From Pedobacter sp. (lineage in GTDB: Bacteria; Bacteroidota; Bacteroidia; Sphingobacteriales; Sphingobacteriaceae), in NCBI RefSeq assembly GCF_039594775.1, contig NZ_JBCNMT010000002.1, forward strand, positions 325,574 through 389,573: a DNA stretch of 64,000 nt, written 5' to 3'. Within the stretch, counting starts at the first letter, position 1, and every line of letters starts with the position of its first letter. A program made the translations under genes and the position numbers. This document shows, one piece after another, positions 1 through 8,730 of this stretch. A model generated the notes under the pieces. That model made no database searches, was not told where the DNA came from, and saw only the letters and a list, made by a program, of their open reading frames with translations.

Positions 1-1170
1 TAATAGGAAAAGTAAAGCCACAACAGCAGAAATTGCCGCTGGTATGATCCAAATGTTATACCAATTATGGCCGCCATCAACCACATATTTATCAACTACT
101 ACTCCTGATATGATAGAGCCAAAAAGCATTCCTACTCCATAGGTGGCTAAAGTAATGAAACCTTGAGCGGCACTTTTGAATTTTTCTCCAGCTAATCTGT
201 CTGTATAGATTTGTCCGGTAACGAAAAAGAAATCGTAGCAGATACCATGTAGAACAATACCGCCAATTAGCATCCAATAATTTGCATCGGCATTTCCAAA
301 GGCAAAAAATAAATAGCGAACTACCCAAGCAATCATCCCGATAGCTAGCATTTTTTTAACGCCCAATCTTACAAAAAACAAAGGCATTAACAACATAAAG
401 AGGGTTTCTGATACTTGCCCTAATGATTGTTTGCCTGCTGCGGCCTTCATTCCAACTTCGTTAAGAAAAGGATTGGTAAAGTTGTAATAAAAGGCTAACG
501 GTATACATATGGCTACTGAAGCAATAAAGAACAGTAAGTACGATTTGTTTTTTAAGAGGCCAATCGCATCTAAGCCAATAATATCTCCAAATGAAGTTTT
601 TTCTCCCTTTTTAGCAGGTGGTGTATGAGGAAGTGCAAAACTGAACAACCCTAATAGGATAGAGGCTGCAGAAGCCATTTTGAAAGTTAATATGAGGTTT
701 CCATCTTGTTCCCAATTTAACCAGCCAATTACTAAACCAGCAATGATCCATCCAATGGTGCCAAATACCCTGATTGAAGGGAACTCTTTTCCTGGATCTT
801 TCATTTGCTTAAAGGAAATAGAGTTTACCAATGCCAAGGTTGGCATGTAGGCAATCATATATCCTAAAATGAAAGGGAAAAAGCTATCAAAATTTAAGGT
901 AGTGGAGGCGTACCAAAGTAGGATACCACCTACAATATGCAAAAAGCCTAATATCTTTTGAGCTGCAAAAAATCTGTCGGCAATTAAGCCAATAATGAAA
1001 GGCGCAATGATAGCACCTAATGATTGTGTACTATAGGCAGAACCTATTTGAACACCATCAGCAGAAAGGTTTTTAGTAAGGTAAGTACCCATGGTTACAA
1101 ACCATCCACCCCAAATGAAAAATTCGAGGAACATCATAAAGGATAGCTTGAAGCGAGTTGTTGAGTTCAT
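1..1170 (-). CDS. MFS nucleoside:H+ symporter-family permease (NupG/XapB-like); 3' end lies outside the window
   Basis: Absent from the ORF track because the frame meets no stop inside the window. Hand translation of the minus strand from ATG at 1170-1168 gives MNSTTRFKLSFMMFLEFFIWGGWFVTMGTYLTKNLSADGVQIGSAYSTQS... The frame stays open to base 1 (...YNIWIIPAAISAVVALLFLL). Hydrophobic multi-TM protein. The LEFFIWGGW N-terminus is typical of the Nuc_H_symport family. Confidence 0.8.
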   Translation of the reverse strand, partial: MNSTTRFKLSFMMFLEFFIWGGWFVTMGTYLTKNLSADGVQIGSAYSTQSLGAIIAPFIIGLIADRFFAAQKILGFLHIVGGILLWYASTTLNFDSFFPFILGYMIAYMPTLALVNSISFKQMKDPGKEFPSIRVFGTIGWIIAGLVIGWLNWEQDGNLILTFKMASAASILLGLFSFALPHTPPAKKGEKTSFGDIIGLDAIGLLKNKSYLLFFIASVAICIPLAFYYNFTNPFLNEVGMKAAAGKQSLGQVSETLFMLLMPLFFVRLGVKKMLAIGMIAWVVRYLFFAFGNADANYWMLIGGIVLHGICYDFFFVTGQIYTDRLAGEKFKSAAQGFITLATYGVGMLFGSIISGVVVDKYVVDGGHNWYNIWIIPAAISAVVALLFLL

Positions 1171-1247
1171 ATTTAGTTTATGGTTTTTGAGTTGATGGTT
1201 GGTTAGTTTTTTGGTGCTAATACCTAGTCACTAGTTCATAATTCCTG

Positions 1248-1928
1248 TTATAGTTCTTTAATTTCAATGTTGCGGAACCAAACTTCATCACCATGATCTT
1301 GAAGGGCAATTTTACCAGTTTTGTAGGTTCCAAAGCCTTCCCATTTGGCAAATTTGCTGCCTGCAATCAGGTTTTTCCAGTTTTCATCCCACATGGTAGT
1401 TTCCACTACTTTTTTCCCATTTAACTTAAGGGTAAGCTTGCCATTATTACTGATGATTTCGGCCAAATTCCATTCGCCAACTGGTTTAACGGGCTCGCTT
1501 TTGCTTTGGATCATATCGTATAAATCGCCAGCACGGTGTTTGGTTATTTTTCCATCTGGATGGCCATCGTTATCTAACACTTGCATTTCAGGTCCTGTTA
1601 AATAAGTCTGTTTGTATTTTGCAGGATCTTCGTGTACAAAAAAGATGATTCCGCTATTGGATTTTGGAGCTACTTTCCACTCTATTTTTAAATGGAAATT
1701 ACCATATTCTTTATCGGTTACTAAATCACCACCATCTTTGTTCTTCAACTTAGGGTCAAAGTGCAATACGCCATCTTCGGCATTCCAAGCTTTGCCTACA
1801 AAATCTTTTCCGTAAGTATGCCATCCTTTGGTGGTTTTACCATCAAAAAGAGGGGTGAAACCTTTATTTTTCTGTGCGCTTGCACTTATTGTAGCTACCA
1901 TAAAGGCTGCTATTAGTATTTTTTTCAT
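1248..1928 (-). CDS. Secreted DUF1080 (3-keto-disaccharide hydrolase family) protein
   Basis: 226 aa. Signal peptide MKKILIAAFMVATISASAQ. Blocks GWHTYGK, GGDLVTDKEYGNFHLKIEWK, NSGIIF, EMQVLDN and the C-terminal IALQDHGDEVWFRNIEIKEL are typical of DUF1080 concanavalin-like proteins. Confidence 0.8.
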   Translation of the reverse strand: MKKILIAAFMVATISASAQKNKGFTPLFDGKTTKGWHTYGKDFVGKAWNAEDGVLHFDPKLKNKDGGDLVTDKEYGNFHLKIEWKVAPKSNSGIIFFVHEDPAKYKQTYLTGPEMQVLDNDGHPDGKITKHRAGDLYDMIQSKSEPVKPVGEWNLAEIISNNGKLTLKLNGKKVVETTMWDENWKNLIAGSKFAKWEGFGTYKTGKIALQDHGDEVWFRNIEIKEL

Positions 1929-1959
1929 TGAATTGACAATTGTGTTATTAATGCGCTTT

Positions 1960-2039
1960 CGTCATTTCGAACTCAAGTGAGAAATCTAACGAGCAGTTAT
2001 GGCATGTTGGAATTCTCCTCGTTCCTCGTCGAAATGACG
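1960..2039. repeat. MITE-like element E, copy 1 (CGTCATTTCGA ... TCGAAATGACG inverted termini)
   Basis: Left end CGTCATTTCGAA (1960-). Right end GGAATTCTCCTCGTTCCTCGTCGAAATGACG (-2039). Lies between the TAT-Gfo and DUF1080 genes. Confidence 0.8.
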
Positions 2040-2055
2040 GGCGTATTTTTATATT

Positions 2056-3504
2056 TTATTTTTCTCCTAATTTCCAACCTTCGCGGTAATCTCTCTTCAC
2101 AAATTGATTCACTTCATCAAAGTTGGTTACTTTCATTTGGTCGTTATCCCACAATAGCTTTCTGTACCTGCCAGGGTAAATTACCTTGTTTTTATCGTTT
2201 ATCTTTTGAACGTCAGCAGCTCTGATAGCCAAGTTAGCCATCAATAAACACTCCGTTAATGGACCTGCAATTTCGAAAGGAGAACTTAATTCTTTTTTAC
2301 CATAGCCAGCAATACAGCCTTCAACCCATTGGCCGTAATGGCCATTAGCTTGTTTCTCTACGCGTGCAAATTTTTGGGCAACGTTTAAGTTTTCATTTCT
2401 AGAAAGTGGCAATAACCTCGCTTTGTCCCCGTAGGTGTTGGCCATCATTTTACCTTTGGTACCAATAAATAAAGTACCGTTGCCGCCATCGCCAAACATT
2501 TCGTCGGCACCTAATTCTTCCGGGCGGGTTGGTTGAATACCTCCATCCATCCAATGTACGGTAACATCGCCTTGTGTTTTATCTGTTTTAGGGAATTTTA
2601 AAGTTACATGGCTCGAAGGAGGGCAACTTTCTGGATAATAACCACGTTTAAATGAGTCATAATAAACTGAACCTACGCTTGCCTCTACTTCTGTAGCATA
2701 TTTCAAATTCAACACGCTAAAAGGTGCCTCTAACAAGTGACAACCCATATCGCCAAGTGCGCCAGTACCATAATCCCACCAGCCACGCCAGTTGAATGGT
2801 ACTAACTTTTCTACATAATCTTTAGAAGGGGCAGTTCCTAACCACAAATCCCAATCCAATTCCTTAGGCACATCTGCCTTGTTTTTAGACCATGGAATGC
2901 CTTGAGGCCAAACCGGTCTATCCGTCCAAGCATAAATGGTGTGCACGTCGCCAATTAAACCAGCATCATACCATTCGCGCAATAGGCGAGGACCGTCATT
3001 GCTGGCACCTTGGTTGCCCATTTGCGTAACCACTTTGTATTTTTTTGCAGCAGCAGTCAATATACGAGCCTCGTAAATATCGTGCGTTAGCGGCTTTTGC
3101 ACATATACGTGTTTGCGTAATTGCATGGCCGCTAAGGTTTGTATGGCATGGTTGTGATCTGGTGTTGATACGGTAACAGCATCAAAGTTTTTGTGTTCCT
3201 TATCGAACATCTCCCGCCAGTCTTTATAGAATTTTGCTTTGGGAAAACGCTTAACACTGTTTGCTGCCTGACGGGTATCTACATCGCATAAATAAGCAAT
3301 TTCAGCTTTGCCACTTTCGTGGATTAGCCTCAAATCACTTTCTCCTTTGCCGCCTACACCTATGCCTGCTACAATTAATCTATCGCTTGGCGCTAGAAAA
3401 CCTTTGCCTCCGAGTACATGCCGGGGCACAATGGTAAATGCAGCAGTAGCTACAGCTCCCATTTTAAGGAAGTTACGCCTGCTTTGGTTGTTGTCTTGGT
3501 TCAT
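2056..3504 (-). CDS. TAT-exported Gfo/Idh/MocA family oxidoreductase
   Basis: 482 aa. N-terminal twin-arginine motif SRRNFLKMGAVATAAF. Rossmann block IVAGIGVGGKG. STPDHNH and QKPLTH blocks are typical of Gfo/Idh/MocA enzymes. Confidence 0.85.
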   Translation of the reverse strand: MNQDNNQSRRNFLKMGAVATAAFTIVPRHVLGGKGFLAPSDRLIVAGIGVGGKGESDLRLIHESGKAEIAYLCDVDTRQAANSVKRFPKAKFYKDWREMFDKEHKNFDAVTVSTPDHNHAIQTLAAMQLRKHVYVQKPLTHDIYEARILTAAAKKYKVVTQMGNQGASNDGPRLLREWYDAGLIGDVHTIYAWTDRPVWPQGIPWSKNKADVPKELDWDLWLGTAPSKDYVEKLVPFNWRGWWDYGTGALGDMGCHLLEAPFSVLNLKYATEVEASVGSVYYDSFKRGYYPESCPPSSHVTLKFPKTDKTQGDVTVHWMDGGIQPTRPEELGADEMFGDGGNGTLFIGTKGKMMANTYGDKARLLPLSRNENLNVAQKFARVEKQANGHYGQWVEGCIAGYGKKELSSPFEIAGPLTECLLMANLAIRAADVQKINDKNKVIYPGRYRKLLWDNDQMKVTNFDEVNQFVKRDYREGWKLGEK

Positions 3505-3528
3505 ATTTTGGTTAGGGTTGGTTCTTAC

Positions 3529-3915
3529 TTACTTCTTTAAAGATAAGATGTATTTAGCCATCAGCTTAGCATCGCTTTGTGAAATTTTAGGGTGAGGAGT
3601 CATTGGGATTTTGCCCCAAACACCTGAACCACCTTTAATGATTTTATCAGCTAAATAAGTTACGTTTTTATCGCTGTTAGGATATTTCTTCGCTATATCT
3701 GTGTAAGATGGGCCAATGAGCTTGTTGATTTTGTGGTGACAGCCAATACAGTCTGATTTGTTGATCAATAGTTCACCACCACTCATTTGCATTGTAGCAA
3801 TTTTTGGGGCGATGTTGGTATTAATGTTTACTGATGGTTCGTTCTCTTTTGGAGCGCTTGTAAATGAAGCCATGAAAATTAGAGTAACTCCAAGAATTAA
3901 AAAGGTTCGTTTCAT
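3529..3915 (-). CDS. Monoheme c-type cytochrome (c551/c552-like), secreted
   Basis: CIGCH heme-binding CxxCH motif and GGSGVWGKIPMTPHP (Met ligand region). I prefer the internal start MKRTFLILGVTLIFMASF (ATG at 3915), which yields a signal peptide. The track ORF extends to 3954. Confidence 0.85.
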   Translation of the reverse strand: MKRTFLILGVTLIFMASFTSAPKENEPSVNINTNIAPKIATMQMSGGELLINKSDCIGCHHKINKLIGPSYTDIAKKYPNSDKNVTYLADKIIKGGSGVWGKIPMTPHPKISQSDAKLMAKYILSLKK

Positions 3916-3976
3916 TTTGTGTTTTGTATTAGGGGGTATTAAGTTAAAAGTCAAAATTTAAAAGTGAAAATAGAAG

Positions 3977-5029
3977 TTATATGCCTAGTATTTTTTTGTT
4001 AAATGCGGCATCACTTCCAGAGGCAGCAAAATCGTCAAATGCTTTTTGGGTTACGTTAATGATATTTTTCTTAATGAATTCGGCACCTTCGCGTGCACCA
4101 TCTTCTTGGTTCTTGATACAGCATTCCCATTCCATAACGGCCCAGCCTTTAAAATCGTATTGGGCTAACTTGCTGAAAATAGTTCTGAAATCTACCTGGC
4201 CATCACCTGGGGAACGGTAACGTCCCGCTCTGTTGGCCCAACTTTGGTAACCACCAAAGGTACCTTGTCTTCCCGTTGGGTTAAACTCTGCATCTTTTAC
4301 ATGGAAAGCTTTTATTCTTTCATGATATAGGTCGATGTATTGTATATAATCTAATTGCTGTAGTACAAAGTGCGATGGGTCATATAGCAAACAAGCTCTA
4401 GGATGTTGGTTCACTTTGTCTAAAAACATTTCATATGTAATGCCATCAAACAGGTCTTCTCCTGGATGAATTTCGTAACAAACATCTACGCCACAGTTGT
4501 CAAACTCGTTTAAGATTGGTAGCCAACGCTTGGCCAATTCGGTAAAAGCCTCGTCAACCAAACCTTCTGGGCGTTGCGGCCACGGGTGGAAAAATTGCCA
4601 TAATAGTGAACCGCTAAAAGTGGCATGGGCATTTAACCCCAAATTTTGCGATGCTTTTGCAGCATATTTCAACTGCTGTATAGCCCACTCGGTACGTGCT
4701 TTAGGATTATTCTTAACTTCAGGGGCTGCAAAGGCGTCAAACAACTCGTTATAAGCGGGGTGAACCGCTACCAATTGTCCTTGCAGGTGCGTAGAAAGTT
4801 CAGTGATTTTCAATCCGTGGGCAGCTACTTTTCCAGTCAATTCATCTGCATAGGTTTTACTTTCGGCAGCTAGTTTTAAATCGATGAATCGAGGGTCGAG
4901 TGTAGGCATTTGAATACCTTTGAAACCCAAATCTGTTGCCCATTTACAGATGGAATCAAGCGAGTTGAAAGGTGCTTCATCGCTAATAAATTGTGCTAAA
5001 AATACTGCAGGTCCTTGTATCGTCGTCAT
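3977..5029 (-). CDS. Sugar phosphate isomerase/epimerase (xylose isomerase-like TIM barrel), cytoplasmic
   Basis: 350 aa with no signal peptide. The pattern of E/D/H-containing strands (CYEIHPGED, LLYDPSHF, FHVKDAEF, MEWEC) is typical of AP_endonuc_2/xylose-isomerase-like TIM barrels. Stop lies 6 nt after the upstream Gfo gene. Confidence 0.8.
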   Translation of the reverse strand: MTTIQGPAVFLAQFISDEAPFNSLDSICKWATDLGFKGIQMPTLDPRFIDLKLAAESKTYADELTGKVAAHGLKITELSTHLQGQLVAVHPAYNELFDAFAAPEVKNNPKARTEWAIQQLKYAAKASQNLGLNAHATFSGSLLWQFFHPWPQRPEGLVDEAFTELAKRWLPILNEFDNCGVDVCYEIHPGEDLFDGITYEMFLDKVNQHPRACLLYDPSHFVLQQLDYIQYIDLYHERIKAFHVKDAEFNPTGRQGTFGGYQSWANRAGRYRSPGDGQVDFRTIFSKLAQYDFKGWAVMEWECCIKNQEDGAREGAEFIKKNIINVTQKAFDDFAASGSDAAFNKKILGI

Positions 5030-5035
5030 GGTGTA

Positions 5036-6193
5036 TTAAACTATAAAATCATGCCATTTTTGCGATGAAGCACTTGAAGCTACAGCATTTTCGATTAATG
5101 CCATACCTCTTACGCCATCATTAACGTTAGGGAAATCTAACATTTGAGGGGTAGGTTCTTCATTGTTCAATTTAGCATCTAAGGTTAAAGCAAAATTTCT
5201 GTAGATGTTAGCAAAAGCTTCCAATAAACCTTCTGGGTGGCCTCCTGGAGTTCTGGTGTTGTGTTTAGCGAAATCGCCCAAATAGCCGCTTCCAGCCCTA
5301 TAAATCTCGGTAGGTTTGTTTAACCATTTTACCAATAGGGTGTTTGGCTCGTGTTGAAACCATTCAAGGCCACCTTTTTCACCATAAATTCTAATTTTCA
5401 GTGCATTTTCTTCGCCCGCTGCGATTTGTGAAGCGATTAAAACACCGTTTGCACCATTATCAAATTTCAATAGGATGTTTCCATCATCATCAATAGCTCT
5501 GCCTTCGACAACGATATTCAAATCAGCACATATTTGAGTGATTTTTAGGCCAGAAATATATTCAGCTAAGTGTGCAGCGTGCGTACCTATGTCGCCAATA
5601 CAACCGCTTTTTCCAGATTTTTTCGGGTCGGTGCGCCATGCGGCCTGTGCATTTCCTTCTCTTTCGCTCAAAGTACTTAGCCAGCCCTGTGGGTATTCTA
5701 CAATGATTTTTCTAATTTTTCCCAAAACTCCGTCCTTCACCATTTCTTTGGCCTGTTTTACCATTGGATAGCCAGAATAGGTGTGGGTAAGGCATAGGGT
5801 AAGCCCAGTTTCTTCCACTTTTTGTTGTAGTTGTTTAGCTTCTTCTAAAGTCAAAGTCATTGGTTTTTCAATCACTACGTTAAAACCATGTTCTAAGGCC
5901 ATCATTGCAGGTGCAAAGTGCGCAAAGTTTGGAGTTACAATAGTTACAAAGTGAATTCTTTCATTTTCTGGGAGTTCACTTTCTTTTTTGATCATTTCTT
6001 CATAGTTCAGGTAGGTTCTGTTTTCTGGAAGAAACAACATTTTCCCTGATTCTAGGGCAGTTTCAGGATTGGTGCTTAATGCTCCGCAGCAAAGTTCAAT
6101 CAATCCATCCATATTAGCGGCAATGCGGTGAACAGCTCCTATAAATGCATCTTTGCCGCCGCCGATCATACCCATTCGTATTTTTTGTCTCAT
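5036..6193 (-). CDS. Gfo/Idh/MocA family oxidoreductase, cytoplasmic
   Basis: 385 aa. Rossmann block MGMIGGGKDAFIGAVH, EKPMTLTLEEA block, no signal peptide. Confidence 0.85.
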   Translation of the reverse strand: MRQKIRMGMIGGGKDAFIGAVHRIAANMDGLIELCCGALSTNPETALESGKMLFLPENRTYLNYEEMIKKESELPENERIHFVTIVTPNFAHFAPAMMALEHGFNVVIEKPMTLTLEEAKQLQQKVEETGLTLCLTHTYSGYPMVKQAKEMVKDGVLGKIRKIIVEYPQGWLSTLSEREGNAQAAWRTDPKKSGKSGCIGDIGTHAAHLAEYISGLKITQICADLNIVVEGRAIDDDGNILLKFDNGANGVLIASQIAAGEENALKIRIYGEKGGLEWFQHEPNTLLVKWLNKPTEIYRAGSGYLGDFAKHNTRTPGGHPEGLLEAFANIYRNFALTLDAKLNNEEPTPQMLDFPNVNDGVRGMALIENAVASSASSQKWHDFIV

Positions 6194-6220
6194 AACTCGA
6201 AGGTTGTAGATGATAAGTAA

Positions 6221-6255
6221 TAAGTTTTACGTTGCATTTGGCATCGTAAAACTTA
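6221..6255 (-). other. Stem-loop in the GMC-to-Gfo intergenic gap of the redox cluster
   Basis: TAAGTTTTACG (6221-6231) and CGTAAAACTTA (6245-6255), 13-nt loop. No clear U-tract, so an attenuator or processing/stability role is only a guess. Confidence 0.4.
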
Positions 6256-6283
6256 AAACCTATAACTTACTACTTAAAACTTA

Positions 6284-7987
6284 TTAAAGGTTTCCTTTTT
6301 TCAATTCGTTAACGGCATGATCAGCTGCACGGGCAGTTAGGGCCATAAAAGTAAGTGAAGGGTTTTGGCAACCAATAGATGGCATTGAAGCTCCATCGGT
6401 AACAAAAACATTTTTCACTTCATGCACTTGGTTCCACTCGTTTAATACCGAAGTTTTAGGATCTTTACCCATTCTGGCGGTACCCATTTCGTGGATCGCC
6501 ATGCCTGGATAGCAACCATTATCGTAAGTTTTGATGTTTTTAGCACCTGCTGCTTCTAGCATTTCGGCGGCATCGTTCATCATATCCTCACGCATTTTCT
6601 TTTCATTTTCTTTGTATTCGCAATCGATGGCCAGAACAGGTTGTCCCCATTTGTCTTTTTTCGAATGATCGATATACACGCGGTTTTCGTAATAAGGCAG
6701 CATTTCTCCGAAACCTCCAAAGCCCATTCTCCACTTGCCTGGTCTGGTCATTTTATCTTTAAAGTCTGCTCCAAATGATAACTCGGCAATATCACTTTGC
6801 CAGTTTTGTCTTGAGGCGCTACCCTGATAGCCGAAACCACGCAGGTAATCACGTTTATCTTTTCCTACGTTTCTGAAACGAGGAACATAGAAACCATTGG
6901 CACGTCGGCCATAGGTGTAAAACTTATCGAAACCATCAAAATCGCCATTGGCACCGCAACGGAAATGGTGGTCCATTAGGTTATGTCCTAACTGCCCGCT
7001 AGCATTTCCTAATCCATTTGGATGGGCATCGGAAGTGGAATTTAATAGAATAAAGGTAGTGCCTAAAGTTGAACCGTTAACAAACACAATTTTCGAATAA
7101 AATTCCATCGATTTGTTGGTAAGGGCATCAATCACCATTACGCCTTTGGCCTTTTTGGTATCTTTATCGTAAATGATATGGTTAACAATGGAATATGGTC
7201 TTAAGGTAAGATTCCCGGTTTCCATGGCCGCTGGTAGGGTAGAGGATTGGGTGCTGAAATAAGCACCAAATGGACAACCACGACTACATAGATTGCGATA
7301 TTGGCAATTGCCGCGGCCATTGTGAGGAACAGTTAAGTTAGCTACACGACCAATAGTTAATAAGCGTTCATTGCCCCATTTTTGTCTGATACTTTCTTTT
7401 ACAGATTTTTCCACAATGTTTAAATCCATTGGAGGAAGGAAATGTCCGTCAGGTAATACTTGTTGTAAACCTTCATTTTGGCCACTAATACCAGCAAATT
7501 TCTCGGTATAATCATACCAAGGAGCTAACTCTTTATAACGGATAGGCCAGTCGTTCCCGAAGCCATCTTTAGCATTTTCTTCAAAATTCAAGTCGCCGAA
7601 ACGGTAGCTTTGACGGCCCCACATCAATGATTTTCCACCTACGTGGAAACCTCTGTACCAATCAAATCTCTTTACTTCGGTATAAGGACATTCCAAGTCG
7701 TTTACCCACCATTTTTCGGTGACTTCGTTGTAAGGATAATCTCTTTTTTGTACAGGGTGGGTTCTCTTCATTTCTTCCGTTAACCTACCTGCGTGCTTAA
7801 CGTCCCAAGGATTTTTCATTGCGCCATCATAATCTTTAATGTGCTCAATGTTCATCCCTCTTTCAAGCAATAATACTTTTAGGCCTTTTTCGGTTAGTTC
7901 CTTAGCGGCCCAACCACCACTAATACCCGAGCCAACTACAATGGCATCGTAAGTGTTTTCGGCTTTTAGATTTATATTTAAGTTCAT
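6284..7987 (-). CDS. GMC family FAD-dependent oxidoreductase (large subunit), no signal peptide of its own
   Basis: 567 aa. N-terminal FAD fold YDAIVVGSGISGGWAAKELTEKGLKVLLLERG. C-terminal GMC block HEMGTARMG...NVFVTDGASMPS. Confidence 0.85.
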   Translation of the reverse strand: MNLNINLKAENTYDAIVVGSGISGGWAAKELTEKGLKVLLLERGMNIEHIKDYDGAMKNPWDVKHAGRLTEEMKRTHPVQKRDYPYNEVTEKWWVNDLECPYTEVKRFDWYRGFHVGGKSLMWGRQSYRFGDLNFEENAKDGFGNDWPIRYKELAPWYDYTEKFAGISGQNEGLQQVLPDGHFLPPMDLNIVEKSVKESIRQKWGNERLLTIGRVANLTVPHNGRGNCQYRNLCSRGCPFGAYFSTQSSTLPAAMETGNLTLRPYSIVNHIIYDKDTKKAKGVMVIDALTNKSMEFYSKIVFVNGSTLGTTFILLNSTSDAHPNGLGNASGQLGHNLMDHHFRCGANGDFDGFDKFYTYGRRANGFYVPRFRNVGKDKRDYLRGFGYQGSASRQNWQSDIAELSFGADFKDKMTRPGKWRMGFGGFGEMLPYYENRVYIDHSKKDKWGQPVLAIDCEYKENEKKMREDMMNDAAEMLEAAGAKNIKTYDNGCYPGMAIHEMGTARMGKDPKTSVLNEWNQVHEVKNVFVTDGASMPSIGCQNPSLTFMALTARAADHAVNELKKGNL

Positions 7988-8019
7988 TCTGTTTTGTTTT
8001 GTTTAGGGAAAAGAGATTT

Positions 8020-8604
8020 TTAGGTTGCCCAAGATTTTTGGCCTGGTTTAAGTGGATAAGCACCGTCATAACTGCCAGGTATTTGAACATACTCGCGGGC
8101 TTTGGTGCAGCCAATTTCCGATGAGAAATATCCTAAGGAAGTAAGGTCTCTCACGGTGGTAAAGAAATAGGCAATATCAACTTTCTCAGGAAGTTTATTT
8201 GTTTTTTGGTCTAGGGTTTCCTGTCTCAAAACGGTCAGCATTTTTTTGCGTTCTGCTAATGGAATTAATGCAAAGCTTTTGCCGTACTCTTTTTTAGCAC
8301 GGGCTTCAAATGCCGTTAATCCATTGTAGAAAGATTGTTGCTGTTTTGCAGGATAGCAGTCGTTCACCATCATTGGGATAAATTTACCCACGCCAGCCGC
8401 TTTTGCTCCAGCAGATGATTTGGTGGTCGGGATAATGACATCAGCAATTTCGGTAAGCGTTTTGATCTGCTCTGCGCTAAAAGTAACAGCATTTTTTTCG
8501 CTTTCTGGTAAGGTATAGCTACTGAACAAGACGTCTGTTGTTCCAGCAGAAATGGCTGTACCTAGCAAAATAGCTACGTTTCTGAGTGCTTCTCTTCTGT
8601 CCAT
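8020..8604 (-). CDS. Gluconate 2-dehydrogenase subunit 3 family protein (small TAT-signal subunit of the GMC dehydrogenase)
   Basis: 194 aa. N-terminus MDRREALRNVAILLGTAISAG is a twin-arginine-type signal. Size and position directly upstream of the GMC gene (32-nt gap) match this family. Confidence 0.75.
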   Translation of the reverse strand: MDRREALRNVAILLGTAISAGTTDVLFSSYTLPESEKNAVTFSAEQIKTLTEIADVIIPTTKSSAGAKAAGVGKFIPMMVNDCYPAKQQQSFYNGLTAFEARAKKEYGKSFALIPLAERKKMLTVLRQETLDQKTNKLPEKVDIAYFFTTVRDLTSLGYFSSEIGCTKAREYVQIPGSYDGAYPLKPGQKSWAT

Positions 8605-8730
8605 ATTAACTGGTATATATTGGTTGTAAGTGTGTTTTTTACACTATATAAATTTGAGTAATATTAATAATTAAAAATCAGGAAGTCAATATCTGTTATG
8701 AATTTGGTACAATGTTGGTCGCAAATCATC

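Noticed and set aside
92-328. 78-aa minus-strand ORF from the track
   Set aside because: It is out of frame and lies inside the much longer open frame of the nucleoside-type permease (1-1170). Its Cys/Trp/Arg-rich translation looks non-coding.
2056-3504. Assignment of the TAT-exported Gfo/Idh/MocA protein to glycoside hydrolase family 109
   Set aside because: GH109 enzymes also carry TAT signals and an NAD-binding Gfo-like fold. I cannot tell GH109 from other periplasmic Gfo/Idh/MocA subfamilies by eye, so I kept the generic call. A dbCAN search would decide.
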